The position numbers and the translations under genes are program-made. The notes beneath the pieces were generated by a model that worked only from the letters and a program-made list of their open reading frames with translations, ran no database searches and was not told the DNA's origin. Positions 49,718 to 63,944 of a stretch of 64,000 bases of DNA are shown one piece after another (the first letter of the stretch is position 1; each line of letters opens with the position of its first letter). The stretch is from Azolla caroliniana (taxonomy: Eukaryota > Plantae > Polypodiophyta), in assembly GCA_043228905.1 (NCBI GenBank), contig JBHGNT010000005.1:1054001-1118000 (forward strand), in the 5' to 3' direction.

Positions 49718-51459
49718 GGGTTGATGATATTTTATGAAATATTTATATAAAAATGCATATTCATTTGCGAATAATCAATCATGTATGCATGGTTTTTACA
49801 ACCATCTTGTCATTCCCTTATCCTAAACCATATGCTATATAAGGTTATCAAACCAATGACAACACAACCGACTGTTGAGAGAATTTGTCAAAAGGGAACA
49901 TGATTTTGAAAGTTCCAAACTTCTAGAATACCCCCATCAATAAGTAATTGTCTTCTGTTTAATAATCATTTAAAAAACATGGCAAACAAAGATGCATACG
50001 TAACAACTTTACCCAATTATATATTACCTCCAAGCAAGTTGGAGTAGCCTTCATGGCATCAATGGGGATTGATCTATAGTTATTTGATTTCCTCTTTTCA
50101 ATATGTATATCCTTAGATTGGGCTTGCAAAGATTGGTGAGATAAAACAATTCTGCTTTCTTCCCCTTATTATAATAATTATTATAGAGAGAGGTCAACAT
50201 TAGATGGTAAACCTATTGTCTATTTTGATTTGGCTAGTAATTGGCAACTAGTGTGGGTGGGACAATTGTGAGAATATGATAGCAATATCTCAAAAATGTT
50301 CACGTTGTTGGTACATCTTGAGACATATGGATGTGCATTTACCAATACAAAAGGAAAGTAGTGACTTTTAATGTGTGAACACTTTCTTAGGTGGAGAGAG
50401 TTTATGCAATGTTATGAAATGGATTTTTGGCCTTTGTTCTCAATATAAAGTGATCCCCACTATTGGGCTATGGGCCTTGCTATAGGTTTATCTACTTTGT
50501 GGGCTCATGGTAGGAGACCCTAAGGTAAACCCGTTTGTCACTAACTCCCAAACTTGGGTGCAAGGCCATTGTGAAGCAAACATTTGCCTTTTAATGTATC
50601 TATCTATGGTTGTGTTATGTCATATGTGTAAGTTGTAGATTCTAAAGGGACATAAGATTGGTATCACAACAAAATTATTATCCAAGAACTAGCATGAGTC
50701 AATATGTATATAAGATTGCCCACTTCCCTCCAACTATGAGTGCAACCACATGCCACGTCACATACTACAAGTGACGATAGGCCACATACATTTGGATTGC
50801 CCATCAAATACCATGGAGTGGATAAGTGAGTCACCACTACTTCAATCAAGTGTTTGGCAAACTCAAATCTCACCCCGTCAACGTGGTCAAGAGCAATATT
50901 AGATTTTAGCTACAAGGAAAAGCAAAACATATTGTGCCAACTCTGAGTGTGAAAGCGCACTACTATGTTTACTTACAATCCATGAGACATTCCAATCATA
51001 AAGAAAAGTTCACAATGATAGGCTTACCATTATAGTTGTTGCAAAATGCAATTTTTTTCATTTGCACTTTGTGGATAGGGATAAAGTCCTAGCAAGCACT
51101 TTGATTCTAAGAATAATACCTCATTGGTAAGATCTATAAGAAATTGGCACGAAAATTCAATACTATTAAAAGCGAGACTCAATTCTATTAATGTGTCTGA
51201 TCACTATTTTGTTTTTCTTTTTATTAATATTTAGTAGTAGTAGTATGAAACAAAACGAACGTTTTTGTTTCTTTCTTTAGTAACCTTTACCCTTTCATTA
51301 TTTCTTGAAAATGGTAAATGTAAGTTACGTTTTTTAGTGTGTGTGTGTGTAAAGAAAATAAAGAGGGAAAACAAATAATAAGAAGAAAAAGAGATAGAAA
51401 AGGGAGGAGAGAGCGTGGAAAGGAGAAATAGATAGTGAAGAAGAGAGAACGAAAAATAG

Positions 51460-52280
51460 CTAAGTGTTGGTGCTCAACTCTTCTACCTTCCAACTCCACT
51501 ATTTTATGTGAGATCAACACTCTTACTACTTCGACTTGTGGGCTTTCTTATCTGGGTTTTATTCTCTCTTCTCTTTCACTCATATGTTTGTGAGTTAGCT
51601 ATCATTTCTTTGAATTATTGTACCCATCTTTGTCGGTAGTATTTTGCTACATATCTCTACTTTTCTCTAGTGTATCTAGAGGTAGAGCTTGTATTTGTGT
51701 TGTATCCTCTTTCTTGATAGTGGATTGTTTTGGACTTTGTCCCGTGGTTGTTTCCCTCATTGAGGGTTTTTCCACGTTAAATCTTGCGTCGTCTTTATTG
51801 TATCATTGTGTGTGTTTTGTGATCTTTTTATTCGATCGTTTCCCCATAGTCACATAAGAGTGTAACACGCGTCACGTTTATGCTTGATTATTATGAGGTA
51901 ACGATCGAATAAAAAGGCTACAAAACACACACAATGATACAATAAAGATGACATGAGATTTAATGTGGAAAACCCCTAAATGAGGTAAACAACCATGGGA
52001 CAAAGTCCAAAACAATCCACTATCAAGAAAGAGGATACAACACAAATACAAGCTCTACCTCTAGATACACTAGAGAAAAGTAGAGATATGTAGCAAAATA
52101 CTACCGACAAAGATGGGTACAATAATTCAAAGAAATGATAGCTAACTCACAAACATATGAGTGAAAGAGGAGAGAGAATAAAACCCAGATAAGAAAGCCC
52201 ACAGGTCGAAGTAGTAAGAGTGTTGATCTCACATAAAATAGTGGAGTTGGAAGGTAGAAGAGTTGAGCACCAACACTTAG
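51460..52280. repeat. ~820-bp inverted repeat (fold-back) built from Copia-LTR-like sequence
   Basis: 51460-~51840 is the reverse complement of ~51900-52280. It contains GGGTTTTTCCACGTTAAATCTTG, a motif I associate with plant Copia LTR 3' ends. Confidence 0.9.
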
Positions 52281-55200
52281 GAGGCTGTTGGAACTAGATA
52301 ACTAGATGTTGTCAAGAGCCTACTGCTAATAGATGTTTTCTATATCTCTGTTGTCTGGTCCAATGTGTGTTCTTGAGTCCTCCAATGTGTGAGAATCAAA
52401 CTACTTTGAAGGAAATTATTGTGCCAGTATGTTTAGTATGTAATATGTTGAGCTTCAACAAGAATGTTGTTGAGGTTATTTTATACCAACTACAAAGAAC
52501 TCCTCTCCCATGTAGTTCAATCATGACATGCCTCTAGTGAAAATGTACAAAAGCAGAGCTATGTTGATGCTTTATAATAGCAACAATTGACTATCTTCAT
52601 GTATGTGAACTAGTTCTTCAATGAACAGTTGGTTTCAAGAATAATATAAAATAAACCAAGAAGCCATGTGGATAAATAACCCTCATGCTTTGATACCCTG
52701 TAAAAAAACTAGAGAATATAGTTCAATGCAGTGGAATAGATCATATATATTGGTTATGAGTTATGTGCATGTATATGTGTTCGAGTCTATTTCCTTTATG
52801 CATCAATTAGTGATTGTGTTCCCAAATTCATCTCAAGATTTTTGAAAAAGAGATAATATTACAAATACGAAGAATAGGAAAGGTTAGATGTTGTATATAA
52901 GCTTCATGAAAAGTATGCTGTTTTTAGAATTTTGCATTCCTTGAAGGTTCTACTTTTAATATGTATAGCCTTTGCTGATGTTCAATCTAGTTGATGGCCC
53001 TCTTAGTCGCATTATTATATTTTATCTCAACAGTTTTGAAAGAGACAACATACATGAAGAATAATAAGATGTGTTACATGGCTTCATGAATATTATAGTT
53101 GCTGTTTTTAGGGATGTGCACTCCTAAAAGGTTGTAGTATATAGCCTCCTTTGATGTCTGAAAGCATGGTCAACATTCAATAGAAGTTCAAGAAATGTAG
53201 GAAAGCTATGCTCACCTCTATCAGGATGAACAAATCAGTTCTATCCTTTTTGTGAGTGATATCTGCAATCACAAGTCCAAGAACTTATAAGTGCGGATTG
53301 AAGTCCTTATGGTTGAATTCAGTAAACATCGATTACCAGCAATATAGTTATAATGGAACTTGTTTCCTTACAATTATTTGGCCACATACATGTAAACTGT
53401 GTTTGTATTCCTGCCTGGAAATATAACTTTATATCGTATTTTTCGTAAATGAATGTGTATCGATAATTGAAATATCGTGTGTCACTTTTCCTCTTTTTTC
53501 AATGTGACGACCCAATGGATATGGATTCGAACTTCCAATTTCATGATTATTTGACCTGAAATTGATTTTAGTTTAAAATCTTTGTTGCATGATGAAGTGA
53601 ATCTGCCAAATAGCTAAATGTGGATGAAAATAAAGTGTTTTTCTTTCTTGTTGATGTGTATGTATATCTAAAGTTCATACCATTTTGAGCCATTAATTTA
53701 TTTTGTTTTAACAAACAACATTTACATAATGAGCATGATGAAACATTAGTATATGCATGATGAACTTGAGATGAATTTATGAGAATTTTCTTGCCATAAA
53801 TCATAAAATTGAGGTTGGGCTTTTAAAAAAATCCTTCGATCAGTGTGTCATGACTCATGAGTCATAACTATAAGGATTCTCTCCTCCATTATTTTCTTGA
53901 ATATTGACAATTCCATCATTTTTCTCCTATATGAATATCCCCTTATTTCTTATCTCTATTTTACATACAAACATTACTACGATAAATCCCCACTTTGATA
54001 TGTTTTTTAATGCTTCATCTATACCATCATATTTTCAATTTAAATTTTCATTAATGATAAACATAAAAAAATTTAGCACTACTTGCATGTAACTTTCATG
54101 GAACCTAAAAAATTATGTATAACTCACACTCTTTATTCACATACAATTGTTGGGAAAAATTAAGCCTAGACCAACTTCATGTAAACTTGTTAAATCCCTT
54201 GATGTATTCAAATATTCTATATCGTTTCAATCTCCTTTCTCTGTATCATTCCTATAATCGTATTACCATTGTGCATAATGAATGTCTAAATGCACTAACA
54301 ACAAAACACTAAATTGCCGTGGAAGTTTTCAAACAACCACCACATTTATTTTGTATTGACTAGAAATTTGTTGCCATCTTTGTCATCATCGATTCATCTT
54401 TATTATTTCTCTTTATCTTCTAAACTTTTGTATCTCTTTAGAAGCAGACAAATAAAACAAAACGTAGCAACTCAACAGAGTAGGTATTTCATTGATGGTT
54501 TCATGAGCAGAAAATAGTCATATGGAGGGTAGATGAGAGGAGACATTTTAATTTTGATCGGTAAGTAACAAACTTGGGGTTTGTGAGAATTATGATTGTC
54601 ACAATCGTAAGCTTTTGTTCATTCAACATTCTAAAGTGAACCTAAATGCACGTTCAACATTGAAGATTTGAGTGATTGGGGCTTTGGTAATCAAGTCTAA
54701 GAGATTGATAGATTTAGCATATGAAGGCTCATGCCCAAATCTACATCATGGATTTGATACGAATTCATAGGGATGCTATTGTGGACTCTTTGAGATAAGT
54801 TCTTAGATTATTGTTGAATTCCTACCAAAGTCTGTAAAATTATGATTACAATTTAGAAAATATTCGATGTGATCTAGTCTTACTAAAGAAGGTAAAAACT
54901 GATGAATTGATGGAGAAGAAGAATATGATGATGAATTAAATGATGATGGATATGATTTTCCTATTTTATCAATATCCTTACTATTAGCACATAATTTATA
55001 CCATGTACTAAAAGCATAATGGCATCATGACATCCAACCCCACCAAATTGCACATCCTTCTACTTGTGCCAATATTAGAGAATAAAATAAGATCAACAAA
55101 GAATAAGATATTAAGGAGAAGAATAAATTACGGGTGCTTAACCACATTTATCACCTTGAGTGAAGGACATGAGACAAACATAAAATACCAACAGTGTCCA

Positions 55201-56139
55201 TACAATTGAATATTATCTTATGTTATACCTTGGATGCTAATAATGGATCATAAGAAGAGAGCTTACCCTCACCAATAGAATCTCAACGACATCTCATTGT
55301 GTTGTAATGAAACGGATAGCTTTCATGGAACCAATGGTCCCCTTTATATAGTTCAACACCTAAGGCTCCCAAACCACCACGTGTTCCCCATGTGCCACAA
55401 GTCCATATGAGTTTGTCCCAAATCCTAGGGCAATCAGTTCCTTGAGCTTCTTATTTAGCCCACTATAATTAGCTATACAAGTGGATCATAAGCTTATGCC
55501 TATAACCCAACTTTGGGAAGCATTGTACAACCAATGACTCCTAGTTTGGAAGGCGGAAATTAACTACATAAGCTGAAGTTGGGGGATCTCTTTGTCGTAA
55601 CTTTCAAATTTTATTTCAAGCAGTTCTCACACAACCTACATTAGTAAACTTATCAATGTTCTCTAATACACGAGATCTTTTTTCTAGTAATAGCACAACG
55701 AAGTTAGTGTTGTATAAGTTAATGGAGTTCCAACCATCCCTACTCATGCCACATCAATTGGCTATTGGATGGGATGCCTTTGCAACATTAGAGACACCTA
55801 ATTTAGGAATCCTCAAAAATTGTGACCAAGTACTTTGAAACTTTGACGCTTTGGGATTTCTCGAGGAGTTTTTCCTCTTGAAGCTTGTTATCACAAAGTT
55901 AAGTAGCTACTTCAAGTTGGTGAACCCTCTAAGTTAATTCCTCGTGTTGTTGACCTTTCTCTACATTCGCTTGTTTTAAATCCATGAGAAACCCCTAATG
56001 ATGTTGTTTTTGTGCCATTTATAAAAAAATTAGATCTATAACATTGTACATTTATTCTTTTTCACATATTTTTGCCATGGTTATGAAAAGAGTTCCTCAT
56101 GAGAAAAAATGAACAAAGAACAAGGGTAGTCACATTCAT

Positions 56140-59100
56140 ACTTTTGGGGCCATGGTCAAGAACAAGATAGAATCAAAGAAGAGAATAATAAAATAAGAGG
56201 GAGATAAGAGAGGGAAGTAGGTGTATTTACAAGAACAACAATATTACAAGAATATGTTGAAGACTAGTGTTGAATTGGAATGGTTTATCAATGGCTAGAG
56301 CACCTTCTCTATATACCATGGTTAGACATGTGCATGCTCATCCTCTGATAGCTTAGTCGCCACTAGACCTTGAAGCAAGCATACCATTTTCGAGATAATG
56401 CATCATGTGCATTTATTAGCTGACAACATCTCACTTATTTTTATGGCCTAGCTATGAAAAGTCACGATCAATGTATGTAAACTCATGACACTTTGGCCTC
56501 CATATTTGCATTGATACTCATGACAACCCTCCCATATTTGCACCAACCAATGATGGTGCACACTTTGGCGTGGACAAGAGTGGATAACTCTTATTATCAT
56601 GACTTACGTCCACTTGATCCACCAACATGGAGAGGGCATACAAGAGCATGAGGATGAAATCCATCTCATGATAGTATAAATGACCATACAATAGAGTTGA
56701 GATTGAGGGACACATTAAGATAAAAAGCTCAACCACATACTTTGTGTGCAATATCTTTATGCATTACCCAAATAGTTGTACTTAGTCTTCATTGTTTAAC
56801 TTCAAATTTAGTCTTCAACTCTAACTTCTCAAAATATGTAACCTATAACTACTTCATGGAAATTACGCTATAACTACATGGTGCATGTCCCTCACATGAG
56901 AGTGGAATATTTTAGGTGTCTATGGTTTGTACTAAAGTAAAGACCACATAATATTAAATTCAATACCTTAAGCCAACTTGGCGTAAAGCTATGGTGTTTC
57001 TCCTTATGCATATGTCACTATATATTGTCAAGATGACACAACACTTGTATTTGATCCTTCTACAATACATGAAAGAAAGTTACAATATTAATCAAATAGA
57101 TATCCACTATTGGAGAGGTTGATCATTGCATAGATGGTTAGCTAAACATTGATTGTGTTTCAAAATGTTAAACACATAGTCACAAACACCTTTTCCCAAG
57201 CCTTCATATGTTTTTGCATACATATTTACAACTTACTACAACTTCTAGTTAAGTTTTTTCACCCAACTAGAAATGTATCCTTTTGAAGTTTAACTTTTAA
57301 ACCTTTCTCCTTATATTACAATGACGTAATGCTACAAAACCCCTTGTCCCTTCAGCACTATATGGATATTCTAGCTTGGGAAGGCAAACTATCTAAGGTG
57401 ATGTAAGACTAGCTAAAATGAAGGAAACTCCTTGAGGACAAGTTGCAATCAAAGCAGGACTAATAAACATTGTTCATGGACAAGTTGCCTTCATAGCTCA
57501 ATTGCAACGTTTATTGAATTAGCTTTCCTTTTCGCATATGTACACCTTTCTCTCTCACACACAAATATATTAATAAATTTGTTTGAAAAACACGACAAGT
57601 ATGTATACCATAATTTAATGGGTAGTGGGACATGTTGAGTGCCCAACATGCAACATGATCACTCTATAAAGGAAAGAATTTTGTCTTGCTCCAATTACCA
57701 TGCCAATTCTCCCTTCAACTTGAATGCCTTAACTCCATTCCCTGTCACTAAATACAAAAAACATTGTGCATTGAGTTTCACACCCTTCAAGTAATAGGTG
57801 GAGGTAGCTTATATGTACTATTAGTTGTCTTACACACACATACACACATAGAAAACAATGAAATTGGTATTGCATCACATGTGAGGTAAAAAAACTACTT
57901 TTGTCATTTACGAGAGAAGACAAGAGAGAGCAAGAAAGAGCATGTGAAAAGTATGACGGTGATAGGTAGAAGTGACCAATGCGTAGGGGATTCATGCAAT
58001 ATGATGTCATCTTCTTTTCATTGCTTGTAAGTTCTTACTAATAACTCTTTATTATGCTATATATCAGTATCTCTTTACCATGATTTAAGTTTGTTTGCAC
58101 AGAATCAGTATGTATGCATGGTAGTTCTTTAGAATGCCTTATCAACTAACACACTTTTTCATCGTTCTTGGCTGGATCCTTGCACCCCCCTTGCACCCCC
58201 CCCCCCCCCCCCCCCCTTTAATCCTCACATGGGGAGCCTTCCCTTTTCTTTGATTGACATTTTTTTAAATGATTCCCTAGTTTTTATAACCTCTTCCCTT
58301 TGTAAGAATTCACATGGTTCAAAACATCAATACGTGGGTTTGATGCACAAGAGGTAGGTTAATGCTTCGATAAATGTGGGGCTGATATAAATATTGACTA
58401 TTTTTAATACGGTTGTCATGTGGCTTCTGAAATGTAGAACATGGAAATGTCACCAATCCATCCTTTTTGAAATAATAAGGTAAGCATCATTTGCTTTAGA
58501 TATAATAGGGGATTCTTCATTCCCATTTTACCACATCTTGTGCAAGTATTGTCGTATTGCACAAGTAGGCCAACATCTTGTGGCAACAACTTGAGCTAGA
58601 GATTCTGACGGGTTCCCTAAGGCTCGAGCTACAATTGTACAACCCCATTAGTTCCTGAAAGGCTTTGAACCGCCCCTCGCTACATTCTCCTAATCCTTAT
58701 ATTGATAACTCTATGTTTTACAATTTTGTTTGGAAGGGCTAATGCAACACATTGTCCTTTGGGGCAAACATGAACATTGATTTTAGTTGCAAACCATGCT
58801 ATCAAATGTGACATGATCGAATCATATGACAAGTAATGAACTATTTTGATGTAGGGTCATAAGTGATCAATCATGACACATAATTGAATAATTTGGTCTA
58901 GGGCCATGGAGCTAGATGTCATTGAGAACTACGCAACCAAACATGGCATATAATTGACACTTATAGTCTAGGGTCATCAAGATGGAAATCAAAATTTTAA
59001 GTTGGACACAATGACCACACTACATGTCTTGTTTGCTCTCATAGCCACCTTGGATTTGGAATTGCTCTACGATATGTTATGTGGGATTCAAACCTACGCA

Positions 59101-59400
59101 CTAATAAGCACATTCTATAGCTTCTACCACAATCATTCTGTTTGTCTCCATGAGTGTAACTAATTTTTTGAACTTCACATGAGGATTCTACCAAGGGCAG
59201 AAGAGGATATATATCGTTTTTTTGGTGGAAACAATAAGATATAAATTTTGGTATAACAAAAGGAAGGACATAAACAGTGTGATGAACCAATTTCAAGTTT
59301 CTACATGGGAAGTGATTTGAGATTAATTTCAAAAGACATGTGGGAATGTTTAGAACTTCATTCACATCATTTTGTCCATGAATTTGTAGCCAATGTAGTT
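56140..59400 (-). mobile_element. Heavily decayed LTR-retrotransposon remnant, possibly related to the intact chromovirus
   Basis: 'attacaag..aagactagtgttgaattggaatg..ctatata' (56243-56315) echoes the intact LTR. 'catgaca' is followed by PPT-like accctccc at ~56519-56533, and a weak RT-like peptide GRSYRMC..IPNPR lies near 59050-59130. Boundaries are uncertain. Confidence 0.4.
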
Positions 59401-60890
59401 AATGCCTTTTTCACTTTGTCTTGTTCTTCTTTGTTTTGCTTTATTTTATGGTATTAGGCCTATATGCCTAGTGGTAATCTAAGTTTCTATTAATCCATGC
59501 ACATGAATCAAAATTTTGCTCCATTTTGGTTTCTCTTTCTTGGGAAGATGGAATGTTTATAGGGATTGGTACCTAGCTAATGTCGTAGTTTCACGCCTCT
59601 TGACAACAATATACATACCTTGAGTAGTCGTGATAGTAAACTTTGCTCTAAAATAATTGAACCAAACAGAGCCTACTTAATCCAATGTCCCATCTTGATC
59701 GAATATGTGGTTTGCACCCATTTGTTTTGTGGCCAATGAAGGTGCCATTTTCACAAATGCATGGTTTTTCTATTTAGAACCTCATGGTACCAATGATTTA
59801 CCAGATATCTGTGTTGTCGTGAATGTCAACATGCCAATCCCTCGAAATAGCATAAACCTTTAAATAGTCACAACGTTCACTCTCAATTGTGACATTCATC
59901 AGTAAAGTTCTTGAACTTCGAGAATCGATACTCAGATTCACATGTATTGTGCAAAAATGCCATAGTTTTGTTCTCGTAGGTCATATTCGACCTCCGAAGA
60001 CACATAGTGAAGTCTATCTATTTATATATGCATGCATGTGTGAGAAACATTTTCCTTTTATTTCATTTGAGATTTGTATTACATGACCCGCAAACTCAAA
60101 GTTAGGAATAAAGAAATTTGTACGATCATGTGTTCTGTTTTTGTCTGGCTTTGGAAGCCCGGACATTGTTGACGTGGTGGTGTTGCCCATATTTATCCGC
60201 CCCCAACTAGTCCGCCTTGGGATTGTTTTACATAAATATTTCTACCTTTAGAAAAAAAAAAAAAAACATTCAAAATACATATGTATATGAAGAAAAGCAA
60301 AAGAAAAAGCAAGCAATCGTGGACCTTTAGATCTTATAAGATCAACGGTCCGACATTTTTGCCAGCTTTATCACATACATACATACATACAGAAGGAAGC
60401 GATGGCCAACTTCATCTCTTCTTCTTCTTCCTCCTCACCCTCTTCTTGAAACCCTAATTCCGGCTGCACAAGATGCTTCCTCCTCACAGCCACCCTCTTC
60501 CACTTCCCAAATGTCCTTCTTCACAAACCCTAATCCTTTCTTTCCCTTCCTAAACTTTCTTTCTACCCATCACAAAACCCCAAATATTTTGTGCTTGCTG
60601 TTCAATCCCCCTCCCTCCCTCCCTCCCACACACACACACACACACACACACACTCCCCTTCAGAGCGCCTAATTAAATTCCTGTTCGGAAAATCCGAATT
60701 TCTTCATCAATTTTTTGCCTTCGCAAATCTGAAACTCTCCCAATTCGAAAACCCTAATTTGGCAGGGGGAACCACGCCCTAATAATTTCCGATTCTTGGT
60801 ATTTGTTAGTAGCACAAATTAGAATAAATTTAGCAGGCCAGGGTCCGTCCCCCCCCCCAAATAAAATAAAATAAATAAATAAAGCACATT

Positions 60891-62039
60891 ATGGATATGA
60901 TGTCGTCGTCATCGTTGTTCCCTTCAAAAACGCTTGTAGAGTCGTCGTCCAACACCATGGCGGTAGCGGGCGTAACCGTGGTGGTGGTGGGCGTGGCGTG
61001 TGTGTACTACCTGCTGTTCGTGGTGGGGCGGGCGGAGGTGAAAGGGAAGTCGGCGGTGTCCCTGGGCGGGGGGTCCATAAGCAGGGCCCACGTGGCGGAC
61101 AACTACAAGGAGTACGCCGCCTTCTTCGAGCAGCCGAAGCAGATCGAGGCCCCGGAGAAGGTGCCGAAGGTGGTGGACACCTTCTACAACCTGGTGACGG
61201 ACATCTACGAGTGGGGGTGGGGGCAGAGCTTCCATTTCTCGCCGTCTGTGAAGAAGACGTCGCACAGGGAGCAGACGCGGCTCCACGAGGAGCGTGTGGC
61301 GGACCTCTTGGGGTGTGGCCCAGGGGACAAGGTGTTGGACGCAGGGTGCGGGGTGGGCGGCCCGATGCGCGCGGTGGCCGCCCACTCGGCCGCCCATATC
61401 GTGGGCATCACCATCAATGAGTATCAGGTGGGGCGCGCCCGGGCCCACAACAAGAAAGCCGGGCTCCACACCCTTTGCGAGGTGGTGTGCGGGGACTTCC
61501 TCCACATGCCCTTCCCGGACACCACGTTCGACGGCGCCTACTCCATCGAGGCCACTTGCCACGCCCCCCGCCTCCGAGATGTCTACTCCGAGATCTTCCG
61601 CGTCCTCAAGCCCGGCAAGCTCTACGTCACCTACGAGTGGGTCACCACCCCACTCTTCGATCCCCATAACCCCGACCATGTCCACGTCATCCACGGGATC
61701 GAACACGGCGACGCCCTCCCGGGCCTCCGTACCTACAAACAAGTCGGCGATATCGCCAAGGACGTCGGGTTCGAGGTCCTCGAGGACCGCGACCTCGCGT
61801 TGCCCCCCGCCGGCCCTTGGTGGGATCGCCTCAAAATGGGACGCTTCGCCTACTACCGCAACCATGTTGTTATCTCGCTCCTTTCGTTCCTCGGGATCGC
61901 CCCCCAAGGCGTGGTCGATGTGCACGAGATGTTGTTCAAGACGGCCGACTTCCTCTCCCGAGGCGGCGAGACCGGGATCTTTACCCCGATGCACCTCCTC
62001 GTTTGTCGCAAGCCTTTGTCGGCGTCGTCCGAACAATAA
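60891..62039 (+). CDS. SMT2: Sterol C24-methyltransferase 2 (24-methylene-sterol C-methyltransferase), intronless, 382 aa
   Basis: N-terminal TM anchor, VDTFYNLVTDIYEWGWGQSFHF, SAM motif LDAGCGVGGP, YSIEATCHAP, IEHGDALP and GGETGIFTPMH. SMT2-type residues and an intronless structure. Confidence 0.96.
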   Translation: MDMMSSSSLFPSKTLVESSSNTMAVAGVTVVVVGVACVYYLLFVVGRAEVKGKSAVSLGGGSISRAHVADNYKEYAAFFEQPKQIEAPEKVPKVVDTFYNLVTDIYEWGWGQSFHFSPSVKKTSHREQTRLHEERVADLLGCGPGDKVLDAGCGVGGPMRAVAAHSAAHIVGITINEYQVGRARAHNKKAGLHTLCEVVCGDFLHMPFPDTTFDGAYSIEATCHAPRLRDVYSEIFRVLKPGKLYVTYEWVTTPLFDPHNPDHVHVIHGIEHGDALPGLRTYKQVGDIAKDVGFEVLEDRDLALPPAGPWWDRLKMGRFAYYRNHVVISLLSFLGIAPQGVVDVHEMLFKTADFLSRGGETGIFTPMHLLVCRKPLSASSEQ

Positions 62040-63944
62040 TCTCAAACAAATGTTTCGCCTTCTTACTTAATGGATCTTCTTCTACGGAGAGACAAACCAT
62101 TCCCTTCTGGGTGTGTTTGTGTTGTGTTGTGTTGTGTGTGTGTGTGTGTGTGTGTGTGTTTCGGGGGAGAGCGTGGGCTGGGGGGTCATTTTTCCTTGGG
62201 GGGCAGGCACCACACGCATGCACAAGAAAGACATAGGGGATCTTATCTCTTATTTCATGTAATGCTACTTAGTAGTGTCTCATTTTGGTGGGGGTCCTCC
62301 ACAATGGCTTGGGGCTTTCAAGGAATGCAATATAATGTGCATGAAATGATGTTCCTTGCACATTATTTTCAATTAATTAAATGCAATTTCTTTCCATTGC
62401 AAAATCAAAATCAAAATCAACCGAACTAACAAACAACCGACGGATGGATGGACGGACATTCAAATATATTATGTGAGGCCAATATATTTGAATGTCCTTT
62501 TTGGCGTTGGGCCGACACATTTTACCACAAACGTACGCAGTCACAAATCTGAATGTTTGGGGAGCACACAATACATTATGTCGTGAATGTCTAGCCTCTA
62601 GGCCATAATTTTGACACAAATGTATGAAGTCATAACTTTCAGTATTTTAAGGTTATATTTGGGGTAGAATGATCGATTTTAATGCTATCTAATGTTCTAT
62701 CTTTATTTTTGGAATGCCTAACATTCCAGTATTTGATATGATATTTCATGATGACTTTGTAAATTACTGCTTTTTCAGAGTAGCTCGGATGCACATTCAT
62801 GTCATTGTGACCATCAAACATCACTATGTACCTACTTTTGCCCTTTACAAATGCTTTTCAAAAGCATATTCTTATAAGTTCCTATTGATGTGAATTAGGA
62901 TTCACATTGCTTTTTGTTTAAGTCGTGAAATACTACTATAGAATAGCCTTTGTAATGATATGTTGACACTGACATGTGGAAAAGCCTTGACGAGCTCGTG
63001 GCCAACTTGGAAATGCACATATAGTTATTTGGAACCAATTGAACGCATCAAGAAAATCTCAAGTACGAAGGTACCATTCCTTTATGTGTTTATGCGTAAC
63101 ATACATTGGTGTCTATGCATTGCATTGTTTGCATTTAGTCGGGCAAAATATACACATCAATAAACGAAATTAGTAAATGAGAAATGTCCTCGATAAACCA
63201 ACAGACTTTTGCAAGCACGAGAAACTAGCGCCCCCCTCGTTTCATTATAGTTCAGCCTTTATCATTACAAGTTACAACTCCAAACAAACTCTATCAATGG
63301 AGTGCTACTATAAAACAATAGGATTTCAAGTTCTTTCTTTAAGCTTTTTACATTATTATCATCCATATTCATTGTTAAATCAAGTATAGCATCAATGTCA
63401 TTGCATCCCAACCTCATTGCTGAAATTAGAGATGGCAAATTGTAAGCTGATCATAATCTCTTTCGACGAAACCCCAACAACATGATCTATTTAACCATAA
63501 CCAACGCAAACCTTAGCTACATGACCCACAAATTAATCTAAATGAGAGGCAACAATCACCAAATAGTAGATATCTTTCCCAAGGCACTTAGAGTGAACAT
63601 TATTTGGAACAATTTTCAACAACACTTGGCCTACACCCCCTTGATCCACCAAACTTGAGGAGTGAAGGAAAACCAAGCTCATTGTCCATATAATAGTACA
63701 ACATAGTTTGTGTTGAGGGGATATTTTATTTTTATTGAATAGGGTGGATCTTATATGATATTTCGACAGAATAGAATAATCTATGGCTCCACGGATTGAA
63801 ATCTTGATAGAGCTTGGTTGTGTGTGGGACAATGTCTTTCTCGCATGGATTAAGCCTTCCACTCCATTCTAGAGGACTGTGAAGGGTTGCCTTCTATTGT
63901 TGCTATGGTTTCCATTCTGGATGTTGATCTACACATGTGGTGAT

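Noticed and set aside
60924-62045. 373-aa antisense ORF and 258-aa alternate-frame ORF over SMT2
   Set aside because: Expected by-product of very high GC3, which removes stop codons on other frames. The peptides are low-complexity and have no motifs.
63400-63940. Possible LINE remnant / 109-aa ORF at the right edge
   Set aside because: No diagnostic motif could be confirmed.
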